Below are positions 7,372-16,535 of a stretch of 64,000 nt of DNA, piece by piece. The notes under the pieces were generated by a model. That model saw nothing but the letters and a program-made list of their open reading frames with translations. It was not told the DNA's origin and made no database searches. The stretch's first letter is position 1, and every line of letters starts with the position of its first letter. Source of the stretch: Candidatus Obscuribacterales bacterium. GTDB lineage: Bacteria; Cyanobacteriota; Vampirovibrionia; Obscuribacterales; Obscuribacteraceae. Both the position numbers and the translations under genes were made by a program. The stretch is taken from assembly GCA_965228855.1 (NCBI GenBank), contig CBDDIJ010000003.1, forward strand, positions 1,792,001 through 1,856,000, read 5' to 3'.

Positions 7372-10137
7372 TCAACTCAGACGTTGTGCCATATGCGCAA
7401 TTTTGCGCATTGGTGATGGCTCCAACCAGGTTTCCTCATTCATCAGTGACTGGATGTAGAGAAGCTTCGCAATGTTTCCAGTCCAACCGGTCTGGTGCGA
7501 TGCGCCAAGACCAGAGCCATCATCGCCATGGAAATATTCGTAGAACATAATGTACTCTTTGAAATTAGGATCCGTTTGAAACTTGTCGGAGTCACCATAT
7601 ACGGGGCGCCGTCCGTTTTCATCCGGCAAAAAGATGCTGGTCAAGCGAGTAATCAAATCATCAGTAATTTGATACAGATTCATCATCTGACCAGATCCCG
7701 TCGGATACTCCACCTTGAAGTCATTTCCGTAATAACAGTAGTAGCTCAGGAGGGAACGGATCAGCAGGAAGTTAACGGGGAACCAAATTGGTCCACGCCA
7801 ATTTGAGTTGCCGCCAAACATACCGGTATTCGACTCACCCGGCACATAATCGACACGAAATTCATTGCCACCAAATTCGATGACAAAAGGATTCTTTTCG
7901 TGGTACTTAGACAGACTGCGAATACCGTATGGGCTGAGAAACTCTTCTTCATCGAACATATGTTTAAATATGCGGCGAAGCTTCGTTTCATCGCAGACTG
8001 CGAGCATCCGACGACCGTTAACTCCAATAGTTTCCGGCGTATGAATGTTCTCGCAGGTCTCCTTCTGGCGCTGCATAAACTTGGCAGCTCTCTCCATGAA
8101 TTCTGGAACGTTAGTCCAGATTTCTTCTTCCATTACCACTGTTGACGCAAGTGGAAGCAAACCAACCATCGAACGAACCTTCAACCGCATCGCCTGTCCA
8201 TTCGGCAACCGCAAAACGTCATAGAAGAAACCGTCATCTTCGTCCCAGAGTTCATCTCGATGGCGACCAGGTCTGTCCATAGCGCCAGCAATCCAAACGG
8301 TGTGCTCGAAAAACTTCAAAGCAAAACGCTCGTAAAAGGGGTTGTCCTGGGCAAGTTCCAACGCGATGTTCAACATCTGTTGGCTGAAAAATGCCATCCA
8401 GGCTGTTCCATCAGCTTGCTCAAGGTGCCCGCCGGTCGGAAGCGCGTGGCTTCGATCGAATACTCCGATATTGTCTAAACCGAGGAATCCACCTTCAAAG
8501 ACGTTATGTCCCATGGGGTCCTTGCGATTAATCCACCAGGTGAAGTTGACGAGCAGTTTGGAAAACGCATACTTCAAGAAGTCCCGATCACCCACGCCAT
8601 CATGCTGCCATCGATCGTACAGATACGCCCAATACGTGGCAAAAGCGTGTACAGGAGGGTTCACATCGCTGAAGTTCCATTCATACGCAGGAATCTGTCC
8701 GTTTGGATGCAGATAGGAACTTTTCAACATCATCTCCAGTTGATGTTTGGCAAAATCAGGGTCTATCATGTTAAGAGACATAATATGGAACGCCAGGTCC
8801 CATGCCGCGTACCACGGATATTCCCACTTGTCCGGCATAGAGATAATATCTTCGTTGTACATGTGAAACCAGGCACTATTTCGCACGTTCGACTGGGTCA
8901 TCGGCTGCACGTTGTGTTCTCGCAGCCATTGGTCGACATCGTAATAGAAGAACTGTTTGCTCCACATCATGCCACCAAGGGCGGTTCTTAAGATCTTTGA
9001 TCGTTCTTTGTCTTCCAGCAATTTATCGGGTGTAAGACCTTCGTAAAAATGGTCGGCTTCCCTCGTGCGCAGTTCCATAACTTCATCGAAGTTTTTCATG
9101 GGCTCACCATATTCAGTGGCACCCATTCGAAAACGGATCGAGGCGCTCCCGCCGGCTGGAATGGTCAGTTTATACTGCGCCGACATCTTCGTGCCAACCT
9201 GCGCCGGATTAACTGCGTCCAGATTTCCATCAACAACATAATTGTTTATCCCATCTTTGACATAGGGACTCTGGTTGGGCGAGCCCCACAGTCGCTCCAG
9301 ATTCGTTTCGTTCTCAGTAAATAGAAGAGGAACTGTGCGGTCAAAGTAGATATGGTATTCGGAGAGTTTATCGGAATAGTTTTTATCAGTGTGCTGAGCA
9401 CTTGCGGCCGACAATCCATCCTTTGTCAAGCCTCGTATCATCGGCTTTGACGCATCCCCGCCCCAGGACCAGGTGTTGCGAAACCAGAATGTCGGCAATA
9501 CATCAATCTCGGCTTCCTCACCAGCTCTATTGAAGATAGAAACCTTTATCAAAAGATCTTCCGGGGTCTCCTTCGCGTATTCGATAAAGACATCGAAGTA
9601 CCGGTTATCATCGAATACTCCGGTATCAATCAGTTCGTATTCCTTTTCAAACTTGCTGCGATCGCCATTACCCATCAGAAGCTTGTCGTAAGGGAAACGG
9701 TGTTGCGTATATTTGTACAGGTATTTCATGTACGAATGCGTCGGTGTACTGTCGAGATAGTAGTAGATCTCTTTGACGTCCTCGCCATGGTTGCCTTCGC
9801 TGTTGGTCAGACCGAACAATCGCTCTTTGATAATTGGATCTCTTCCGTTCCACAGACCAAGGGCGAAACAGAGAATCTGATGCTCATCACTGATGCCGCC
9901 CAGACCATCTTCACCCCAGCGATACGCACGCGATCGAGCATGATCATGCGGAAAATAGTTCCACGCATCACCGTTTTCGCTGTAGTCCTCGCGCACAGTT
10001 CCCCACTGCCGCTCACTGAGATAGGGTCCCCATTTTTTCCACGGCGTGCCTTGCGTTCGAGCGTCGAGCAGTCGCTGTTTCTCAGGATTAATAGTATCGA
10101 GCTTAGCTGCATGTCTTTCGCGTTCGTTCTGCGCCAT
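7372..10137 (-). CDS. GH63/MGH1-like glucosidase
   Basis: WGPYLSERQWGTVREDYS, MPDKWEYPWYAAWDLAFH, GGNSNWRGPIWFPVN, FYEYFHGDDGSGLGASHQTGWT. Confidence 0.92.
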   Translation of the reverse strand: MAQNERERHAAKLDTINPEKQRLLDARTQGTPWKKWGPYLSERQWGTVREDYSENGDAWNYFPHDHARSRAYRWGEDGLGGISDEHQILCFALGLWNGRDPIIKERLFGLTNSEGNHGEDVKEIYYYLDSTPTHSYMKYLYKYTQHRFPYDKLLMGNGDRSKFEKEYELIDTGVFDDNRYFDVFIEYAKETPEDLLIKVSIFNRAGEEAEIDVLPTFWFRNTWSWGGDASKPMIRGLTKDGLSAASAQHTDKNYSDKLSEYHIYFDRTVPLLFTENETNLERLWGSPNQSPYVKDGINNYVVDGNLDAVNPAQVGTKMSAQYKLTIPAGGSASIRFRMGATEYGEPMKNFDEVMELRTREADHFYEGLTPDKLLEDKERSKILRTALGGMMWSKQFFYYDVDQWLREHNVQPMTQSNVRNSAWFHMYNEDIISMPDKWEYPWYAAWDLAFHIMSLNMIDPDFAKHQLEMMLKSSYLHPNGQIPAYEWNFSDVNPPVHAFATYWAYLYDRWQHDGVGDRDFLKYAFSKLLVNFTWWINRKDPMGHNVFEGGFLGLDNIGVFDRSHALPTGGHLEQADGTAWMAFFSQQMLNIALELAQDNPFYERFALKFFEHTVWIAGAMDRPGRHRDELWDEDDGFFYDVLRLPNGQAMRLKVRSMVGLLPLASTVVMEEEIWTNVPEFMERAAKFMQRQKETCENIHTPETIGVNGRRMLAVCDETKLRRIFKHMFDEEEFLSPYGIRSLSKYHEKNPFVIEFGGNEFRVDYVPGESNTGMFGGNSNWRGPIWFPVNFLLIRSLLSYYCYYGNDFKVEYPTGSGQMMNLYQITDDLITRLTSIFLPDENGRRPVYGDSDKFQTDPNFKEYIMFYEYFHGDDGSGLGASHQTGWTGNIAKLLYIQSLMNEETWLEPSPMRKIAHMAQRLS

Positions 10138-10334
10138 GACGACCTCGAATGTGGGGAATAGGCTTCAACGATATGCCACGCAATTCATACCTAACTTCGC
10201 CTGCAGCATTAAACCGTTCATTTATATGGAAAACCGTTAGCGCCGAACGGTTTATTAACTGAACGTCGCCCCGACAAGTGCGCTCGTTCCACTGCTCTAA
10301 TGAATGAACAACGGCACTGGAGAGGACAAATTCC

Positions 10335-10715
10335 ATGGACGAGTATACGAAAGCAGCAAACGAATTTCGCAAAGATAACGATAAAACAGCAGGCATGGCA
10401 GGAGCGGGCGCGGGCGTTCTCGCTGGTGCGCAGGTGGGAACCGTGCTTCTCCCGATTCCAGTAGTTGGAACCTTTACAGGAGCGCTGGTTGGTGGTCTCA
10501 TTGGGACGAAGATCGGGAAGAAAGTGGGCGGCGTCTTACTGGACAAGATGGCGCCGGCAGAGCAGGCATTCACAAGCGGCTCAACTGGGGGAACGCCAGG
10601 AAGCGGCAAAGTAGATGTAGCGGGTGAACTGGCTAGACTGGCTGAGTTACGTGCAGCCGGCGTACTCGATGAAGATGAATTCCGAGCAGCGAAGGCGAAA
10701 TTACTGGGACTTTAA
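10335..10715 (+). CDS. Glycine-zipper protein with C-terminal SHOCT domain
   Basis: GxxxG run AGAGAGVLAGAQVG...GALVGGLIG; C-terminal ELARLAELRAAGVLDEDEFRAAKAKLLG; SD GGAGAGG. Confidence 0.85.
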   Translation: MDEYTKAANEFRKDNDKTAGMAGAGAGVLAGAQVGTVLLPIPVVGTFTGALVGGLIGTKIGKKVGGVLLDKMAPAEQAFTSGSTGGTPGSGKVDVAGELARLAELRAAGVLDEDEFRAAKAKLLGL

Positions 10716-10792
10716 GCAAGTTCCAGCAGACTGAATCGGATCTGCAAACGATGACGAGAGGGGAACGATGACTAGTAAGACCGCCGGAGACC

Positions 10793-11461
10793 TCAAAGGG
10801 GAGTGAACGAGCTGTTTATCTCATCCACCTTACGCTGGTAGATCTCAGCCTCTTTTGGACGTTTTCGCTTCCTCATCAATTCAGCATAGCTTGCGTAAGC
10901 AGACATCAAGCCAAGTTTATCGGCCACGCCGTTCGGTCCCTTTGTCGCGATCAGACGCTTGATGTGAACCTCGGCATTAGTCAATTCATTTGCACCAAGT
11001 TCTGCCGTGATCAACTGCGGAAGCAGCTCTTGCATCATCTCTTCGTACGGGTATGGAGTGCGAACAACCTCGGCGGAAACAACGCCTCCGGGATGGTGCC
11101 TCTCTATGATCTTCTCAGGCGTCCGTTCCTTCGTCGGAGAGGGCTTCATCGCCCCGCCATCGATAATTGCCAGAGCTTGTTTTAAAGTTCTAGACGCGTC
11201 TTGAAACCGATTAGCTCGGTTGTAGTGCATACCTAAGCCGAGAAGACTGCCAATGTACTCTCTGCTGTTTCGTCCCTTGCGCAAACTCTTTTTGACGATG
11301 GCCGAATAGACCTGCTCAGTATCAGGCATCCCTTCTGAACCTGATACCGCTTCTGAGACACCGGGCACCACACCTGGTTCTTCATCTTGCGAAAAACTGG
11401 GAGCAACGCTGGCGGCAAACACTGTGGTAAGAAGAAGAGCACCTGTAAAAACCTTCCGCAT
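10793..11461 (-). CDS. Secreted TPR-like hypothetical protein
   Basis: Signal peptide MRKVFTGALLLTTVFAASVAPSFS; TPR-like LGLGMHYNRANRFQDASRTLKQALAI. Confidence 0.7.
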   Translation of the reverse strand: MRKVFTGALLLTTVFAASVAPSFSQDEEPGVVPGVSEAVSGSEGMPDTEQVYSAIVKKSLRKGRNSREYIGSLLGLGMHYNRANRFQDASRTLKQALAIIDGGAMKPSPTKERTPEKIIERHHPGGVVSAEVVRTPYPYEEMMQELLPQLITAELGANELTNAEVHIKRLIATKGPNGVADKLGLMSAYASYAELMRKRKRPKEAEIYQRKVDEINSSFTPL

Positions 11462-11534
11462 CAGGAACCTCTGGTGGTTAATGGTGGCATGACCTGTTTC
11501 AAAGCTCATTCTAGACGTTCAGCTCCAAAGAGTA

Positions 11535-11570
11535 AATGAGCACGGAGAGTCTCAAACTCCATGCTCATTG
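11535..11570 (-). terminator. Stem-loop downstream of the beta-helix gene, putative terminator
   Basis: On the minus strand AATGAGCATGGAG...CTCCGTGCTCATT, followed by TACTCTTT. Confidence 0.45.
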
Positions 11571-11613
11571 TGCTCGTTAAACTAAGAAACGGTTTCAACC
11601 GGCGGCAGTGCGT

Positions 11614-12927
11614 CTACGGACCGCCCATAGGAGGAAGACCGCTGTTGGGACCGTAGGGTGGAACAATAGCGCCTACGTTCGTAATGCTGCATCCTTTGCC
11701 TGTCGCAGGAGAACCGCTCGCGAGTTCATAGGTTTGCACGGTCCAGGCACGTGGTCGGTACGTGTCTTTGTTTACCGGCGCCCAGAGCGTACTCTCTTGA
11801 ACATACTGCGGATTGACGAGGGAAGCGGCTAACGTCGTCGTGTTGCCGGTTACGTGATATTGAACATTGCCCCCGTTATCCAAACTTTGCGTCACGGGAA
11901 CGTTGATAGCGCCACCATATATGATGCAGTCTTTGACCTTGACCGTGCCAACTCCGTTAGTGGAAAACTGCCTGTCATACATCGCGTGCTGAGAGAAATT
12001 CGAGACCAGGTTGGGTTCATAAAGAGTGCATCTGGTCAAATTGACTTTGACCTTCGAGGCGGTGTCTGTCGGCTCGACGGATACGTTCGCATGGTTTGCT
12101 CCTAAGAATAGGCAATCGACAATCGTTGCTTGACCTTGAACGATATCAATGCCCTTGTTGTATACCGGTCCAAAAACACATTTGCTGGCGCGAATTAAAG
12201 ATTGATACGCTGTTCCATTCGGTCTTGCACCGAGTATTCCAACACCCCATTCGCCCCACCAGCCATAACCGCCTTCGAAGATGCAACCTCTAAAAGTAGT
12301 AGCATTGGGCTGTCCCGCCACCGGTCGTTCAACCGCGCCAGCCTTCACGTTGGTGAAGCGACAGTTGACGAAATTATTATCATAGCCTCCGAATACAACG
12401 GCACCGACCCGTCCACCACCATAGGGAGGGAAACCATATACGGTGCCAAACTCTATATTGCGAAAGGTATTGTTGTTGGTTTGAACCTTTACGTTCTCAC
12501 CCGAGAAGTTTGTAATTTTAATTCCGGAACGCGCATTTGCGATCAGCTGAACGTTGGAGCCGGTTATGGTCACTCCAGTTTGCACGGGAGTGCCGGAGGC
12601 CGCTGCAATTGTAACCACTCCATTATGGTTCGCGGCGGGCGACTGTCTGATTGTCAGGAAGTTTGTTGGAACAGTGAACGGACCTGTATAAGTGACACCA
12701 GAAGCGCCACCATCCACTATAATCTGATCCCCTGGAACTACCGACGACCAGTTGATCGATTGGAATGATTTCCAGGCTTTCTTCCAATTGGTTCCGTCGC
12801 CATCGTTGCCGTCCGGCGATACATAAAGATTGCGCGCACTTGCGTCCGCGCCGCAGGCCAGCGTCGAAGCCAGCGCCACTATAATTCCCGCTATAAATCT
12901 GAATTTATAGTTGAGTTGAAATCTCAT
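11614..12927 (-). CDS. Secreted right-handed parallel beta-helix (pectin lyase-like) protein
   Basis: Signal peptide, then NLYVSPDGNDGDGTNWKKAWKS; repeated beta-strands (VTITGSNV, FVNCRF, FRGCIF); C-terminal YELASGSPA. Start at MRFQLN behind GGGAGAG. Confidence 0.8.
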   Translation of the reverse strand: MRFQLNYKFRFIAGIIVALASTLACGADASARNLYVSPDGNDGDGTNWKKAWKSFQSINWSSVVPGDQIIVDGGASGVTYTGPFTVPTNFLTIRQSPAANHNGVVTIAAASGTPVQTGVTITGSNVQLIANARSGIKITNFSGENVKVQTNNNTFRNIEFGTVYGFPPYGGGRVGAVVFGGYDNNFVNCRFTNVKAGAVERPVAGQPNATTFRGCIFEGGYGWWGEWGVGILGARPNGTAYQSLIRASKCVFGPVYNKGIDIVQGQATIVDCLFLGANHANVSVEPTDTASKVKVNLTRCTLYEPNLVSNFSQHAMYDRQFSTNGVGTVKVKDCIIYGGAINVPVTQSLDNGGNVQYHVTGNTTTLAASLVNPQYVQESTLWAPVNKDTYRPRAWTVQTYELASGSPATGKGCSITNVGAIVPPYGPNSGLPPMGGP

Positions 12928-13099
12928 TTGGTTTCTCTCCCAAGCTATCGAACACTTATGTAGAACAGTTTTGTAGAACACAACCACGTGAACAGTCGCA
13001 CGAAATCCGTGAGCACATCTGAGTGAGCTCGGCGGTTTTCGATAAACGCGCATCCAATTTCCACTTTGGAATGCGATTGCTCAACAATAGTCAGCGAAC

Positions 13100-13204
13100 G
13101 TGAACTCAATGTGAGTCAAATGTGAAACGAGCGTGAAGTCAACGCAAGCACCGTACAGGTGGGCAAAAACTTTCGGAATTTATTCTCTTCACGACAACTT
13201 CACG
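13100..13204. promoter_or_regulatory. 11-bp-period direct repeats (TTCAC-like), putative OmpR/PhoB-family binding sites
   Basis: GTGA at 13100, 13111, 13122 and 13133; CTTCACG at 13187 and 13198 in the opposite orientation. Confidence 0.55.
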
Positions 13205-13236
13205 CATCGTCTCTAGACTGAACTGAACGCATTTAT

Positions 13237-14838
13237 ATGGATAGATCATCAATGCAGACTCAAGGTCGACGCAAAGTCGCGCATAGAAATGAACGTGGAA
13301 ATCTCTACGTTCTCTATATCGGTTTTGCAGCGATGATTGTAGTTGTTTGGAACTTGTATGCTCAAGTCGGTTTATCCTTCATAATCAATTATCGAAGCAA
13401 GTGTGCACTGGAAGCCGCCTCCCTTGCGGCGGCCCGCGACCTCTCAAGAATCGTCATCGACGATCCTAAGTGGGGGTACGTGGCACTCACAGATCAACCT
13501 CCCGTTGGAGATGACACAAAGGCGGGAGATGGTTATCCACTTCCCGTGACCGGAATAAACACAATCATGGCGACGGTGCGACTGGAGATGCTGGTCGCGC
13601 AGTCACTTGGCACTAACGAAGCGATGGCTTGCGCGTTGGATGACCTTCGCACCGCACGCGCTGCTTCAAGACGTCTATCGAGGACCTTGCGCAATTCGCT
13701 CAAGAGAGAAAGAAGCAGCAATGAAGATGATAAGGAACTGGTAGCTCGAGATATCTTTGGAAACGTAGTTCGTCCCATGGACAGTGCCGCGACCGTGTAT
13801 CGCAAAAATGCCGATCAAATGCTTAGCGGTATGGGATGGAAACTTGAAAGTATGAACGCCGACCTTGGTTCGTTAACTCAGGAAGGCACGACAAATACAC
13901 CAAGTCCGGAGCGCGGTTTGTCCAACCGGACGGCGTCGGTATTCGAGCCGGAGTTGAAAAATTATCCAGCGTTTGAAGACGTCCCAGCGGCAGGCGAATC
14001 ATTCTACTTCGCCGGACTCGGGAAACAGACAAGTCTTGTTGAGCCTGCACTTTTCGATGCGTCACGCTCCGTTCAAAACAGCTCCGTGATACGTCTTGTC
14101 GCTCAGCTGAAACGAAACGACACTGATAACTGGATAAAATCTGTCGCGTGCGCTCAACCGGCATACATGGAGGATAAGGTACCTGCATCATATATGGTGC
14201 TTCGATTCCCAAACGGGATTCCAAATGGCACGGACTGCTTGAGGAGTTTGCTGACTTCCGACGGTCTATCGAAAAGAATTCCGTTGTACACCGCTTGTGG
14301 TGGCGACTTCCCGACCGATCGGGGCGCCCTGTTAAAAGAGAATCCGGACACGTCGTCCGCCACTGTTCGCCAGGCAGTTACCCGCGCATTTTTCGACTGG
14401 TTGAGAACCGCACATGCAAAACCGAAGCTAGATTCGATCATCAATGCGCTTGATTGTCAATTCAACAGCCAACACCCTTCAGCCACGTACTTATACACCT
14501 TCGACGACTGCGGCGAAATTGAGGTCGCGGCTTCTAAAGATTATCCGTTCCTCGCTCAAACTGCCTACGAAAGCCAGCTCTACGCAGTCGCAACCAATGT
14601 CATCAATCTGCACGGTGTTGTCTGGTCGTTGCGACTTCGCGATCAGGTCCATCGACTCGGCAAGCAGGAGGGCGGCAAACATGCCGGTCAACCGATGCCA
14701 TCCACGGTGGCGGTCAATCACAATCAAGACCAGGAGAAGCGGTTGCTTGCGACTGCCGGCAGCAGATACGACAGATCAAGGCTTGGTTTGGAACTCGAAA
14801 TTTCAACTCCGATAATGACTAACGGAGGCGATCTATGA
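13237..14838 (+). CDS. TadG-like (Flp pilus-associated) protein
   Basis: Basic leader ending ERG, then a hydrophobic helix and ALEAASLAAARDL, typical of Tad N-termini. Coupled to a TadE-like gene. Confidence 0.6.
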   Translation: MDRSSMQTQGRRKVAHRNERGNLYVLYIGFAAMIVVVWNLYAQVGLSFIINYRSKCALEAASLAAARDLSRIVIDDPKWGYVALTDQPPVGDDTKAGDGYPLPVTGINTIMATVRLEMLVAQSLGTNEAMACALDDLRTARAASRRLSRTLRNSLKRERSSNEDDKELVARDIFGNVVRPMDSAATVYRKNADQMLSGMGWKLESMNADLGSLTQEGTTNTPSPERGLSNRTASVFEPELKNYPAFEDVPAAGESFYFAGLGKQTSLVEPALFDASRSVQNSSVIRLVAQLKRNDTDNWIKSVACAQPAYMEDKVPASYMVLRFPNGIPNGTDCLRSLLTSDGLSKRIPLYTACGGDFPTDRGALLKENPDTSSATVRQAVTRAFFDWLRTAHAKPKLDSIINALDCQFNSQHPSATYLYTFDDCGEIEVAASKDYPFLAQTAYESQLYAVATNVINLHGVVWSLRLRDQVHRLGKQEGGKHAGQPMPSTVAVNHNQDQEKRLLATAGSRYDRSRLGLELEISTPIMTNGGDL

Positions 14839-15380
14839 CCATTTGCAAAAATCGAACACGGACCAGCCGCGACCGCCGACTGGGTTCATCAATCGCAGAG
14901 TTTGGTGCAGCCTTTTACGCTTTCTTCTTCGCAATCATCATTCCAACAATCAATTTGCTGAGTTTTGCAATTGCGTTTTCCTACGCACATTTTGCCGCTA
15001 ACATGACAGCGGATTCAGTGGCTCAGTCAATGACTTTAAAGCGCGCCAGACAAATCGTAGAATGCGCACCATCAGATCTAAAAGGCGATTCGCTTGCCAA
15101 TTTTCTGAAGGTCGAACCCGGTTCCGAGCGGTTCAAACTCGACCTTGTCAGAACCAATATGCAAGGCGAAAACGAGATTCTCACCGCTAAGAACTTGAAA
15201 GATAAAGATCACAGTAAAGGGCTAATTCAGTATCGAGTCCTGGCAAATTACACCCTGCGACCGCGGCTCGATCTCGGCTCGGTTCCATTCATAAACACCA
15301 TTCCAATCATCGGCAAAGAGTCCGAGCTCACGTTTAACCTGATTAGAAACATTGAGCACGCCGATGAAATAATGAATTAA
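14835..15380 (+). CDS. TadE-like pseudopilin
   Basis: RDRRLG|SSIAEFG (G-1/E+5 prepilin motif) followed by a TM helix; ATGA overlap with the upstream gene. Confidence 0.7.
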   Translation: MTICKNRTRTSRDRRLGSSIAEFGAAFYAFFFAIIIPTINLLSFAIAFSYAHFAANMTADSVAQSMTLKRARQIVECAPSDLKGDSLANFLKVEPGSERFKLDLVRTNMQGENEILTAKNLKDKDHSKGLIQYRVLANYTLRPRLDLGSVPFINTIPIIGKESELTFNLIRNIEHADEIMN

Positions 15381-15410
15381 GTTTCCTGTGTAGTACTGCT
15401 TAACGATCCG

Positions 15411-15438
15411 TTGACTATCGTCAGCCTGCACTCATAAT
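15411..15438 (+). promoter_or_regulatory. Sigma70-like promoter of the ABC operon leader
   Basis: TTGACT-N16-CATAAT. Confidence 0.6.
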
Positions 15439-15478
15439 GGAATAACTGTTCATTTATCGAGTGTACTGAGAAACGATC

Positions 15479-15574
15479 ATGTTTACGAATACGTGCCACT
15501 ATATGCCGGAAATTTCCCTACGCGCCGTACCCGCGCAGTGGGTGGAAGCCGCACGTGTTCGCAACAGGGAGTGA
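15479..15574 (+). CDS. Putative attenuator leader peptide MFTNTCHYMPEISLRAVPAQWVEAARVRNRE (31 aa)
   Basis: ATG to TGA between the promoter and terminator; contains both competing pairing segments; SD weak. Confidence 0.55.
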   Translation: MFTNTCHYMPEISLRAVPAQWVEAARVRNRE

Positions 15575-15603
15575 TAACACTCTACTGAACTTAGCGAATC
15601 GTG

Positions 15604-15633
15604 TGAGCTTCCCAAAAGGAAGCTCATTTTTTT
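15604..15633 (+). terminator. Intrinsic terminator in the 5' leader (attenuator)
   Basis: TGAGCTTCC-CAAAA-GGAAGCTCA followed by T7, upstream of the ABC ATPase. Confidence 0.85.
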
Positions 15634-15710
15634 CGCGTCCACACTTTTCAAACCGAATCAATTGGTTTGAAACAGAAACAATCTAGTTCTTATTCAAAAT
15701 GGTGATAGTT

Positions 15711-16535
15711 ATGAACCTCGCAGTTGAAGTAGATAATTTACGCAAAGTGTACGAAGTGCACAAACGGCGTGGACTTTTCGCGAGAGAAAGAACTGAAGTT
15801 GTCTCGGTAGACAACGTCAGCTTCTCGGTGCCTGAAGGACAAGCGCTGGCATTTGTCGGACCAAACGGAGCCGGAAAATCTACGACCATTCGGATGTTGA
15901 CCGGCATCTTGAGACCGACAAGCGGATCTGCGCGAGTTCTGGGATTCGACCCGTGGAAGGATAGAGCGCGTATGGCGTTTCACATCGGAGCGGTGTTTGG
16001 TCAACGGTCACAGTTGTGGTATCACTTGCCTGCAGGCGATACATTCGACCTGCTCGCAAGGATCTACAACATCGATCCGCGTGAGTATAAGAAACGCCGA
16101 GACGAGCTTGTCGAGCGCTTCGACCTCGGAGCGTTGATAGACGTTCCGGTCAGAAAGTTATCGCTCGGTCAGAGAATGAGAGCTGAGGTGGCCGCAAGTT
16201 TGCTGCATAAACCCAAATTGCTTATGCTCGACGAGCCGACAATCGGCCTCGACATCAACGCGCGCCATCAATTGCGCGAACTCATCCGGGAGTGGAATCG
16301 TCGAGATGGTCTCACCGTCTTCTTAACGAGCCACGATACCGGCGACATCGAAAGTGTCGCAGAGCGCGTGATAATCATAAATCACGGTCGCATCGTTCTC
16401 GATGATACCGTCGACGATCTCCGGAATAGAAAGGAATTCGCCGGATTGAGCCTGGAAGATGCTCTCGCTCACATTTACGGACTTGAGCATGACGCCAGTC
16501 TCGACGACGACAAAGTGGAGGCACTCATATCATGA
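15711..16535 (+). CDS. ABC-2 type exporter ATP-binding subunit
   Basis: GPNGAGKST, LSLGQRMR, LMLDEPTIGLD, LTSHD. Start could be 15699. Confidence 0.93.
   Translation: MNLAVEVDNLRKVYEVHKRRGLFARERTEVVSVDNVSFSVPEGQALAFVGPNGAGKSTTIRMLTGILRPTSGSARVLGFDPWKDRARMAFHIGAVFGQRSQLWYHLPAGDTFDLLARIYNIDPREYKKRRDELVERFDLGALIDVPVRKLSLGQRMRAEVAASLLHKPKLLMLDEPTIGLDINARHQLRELIREWNRRDGLTVFLTSHDTGDIESVAERVIIINHGRIVLDDTVDDLRNRKEFAGLSLEDALAHIYGLEHDASLDDDKVEALIS

Noticed and set aside
10181..10193. 13-mer CAATTCATACCTA also present near 52719
   Set aside because: One 13-mer match is within chance expectation for this much sequence, and the contexts differ.
10210..10254. Inverted repeat TAAACCGTTC...GAACGGTTTA between divergent genes
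   Set aside because: Could be an operator, but it is a single instance with a long spacer and no regulator nearby.
15554..15568. R-x-R macrolide-arrest-like motifs at the end of the leader peptide
   Set aside because: Stalling there would cover the antiterminator 5' arm and favour termination, so it does not explain induction.
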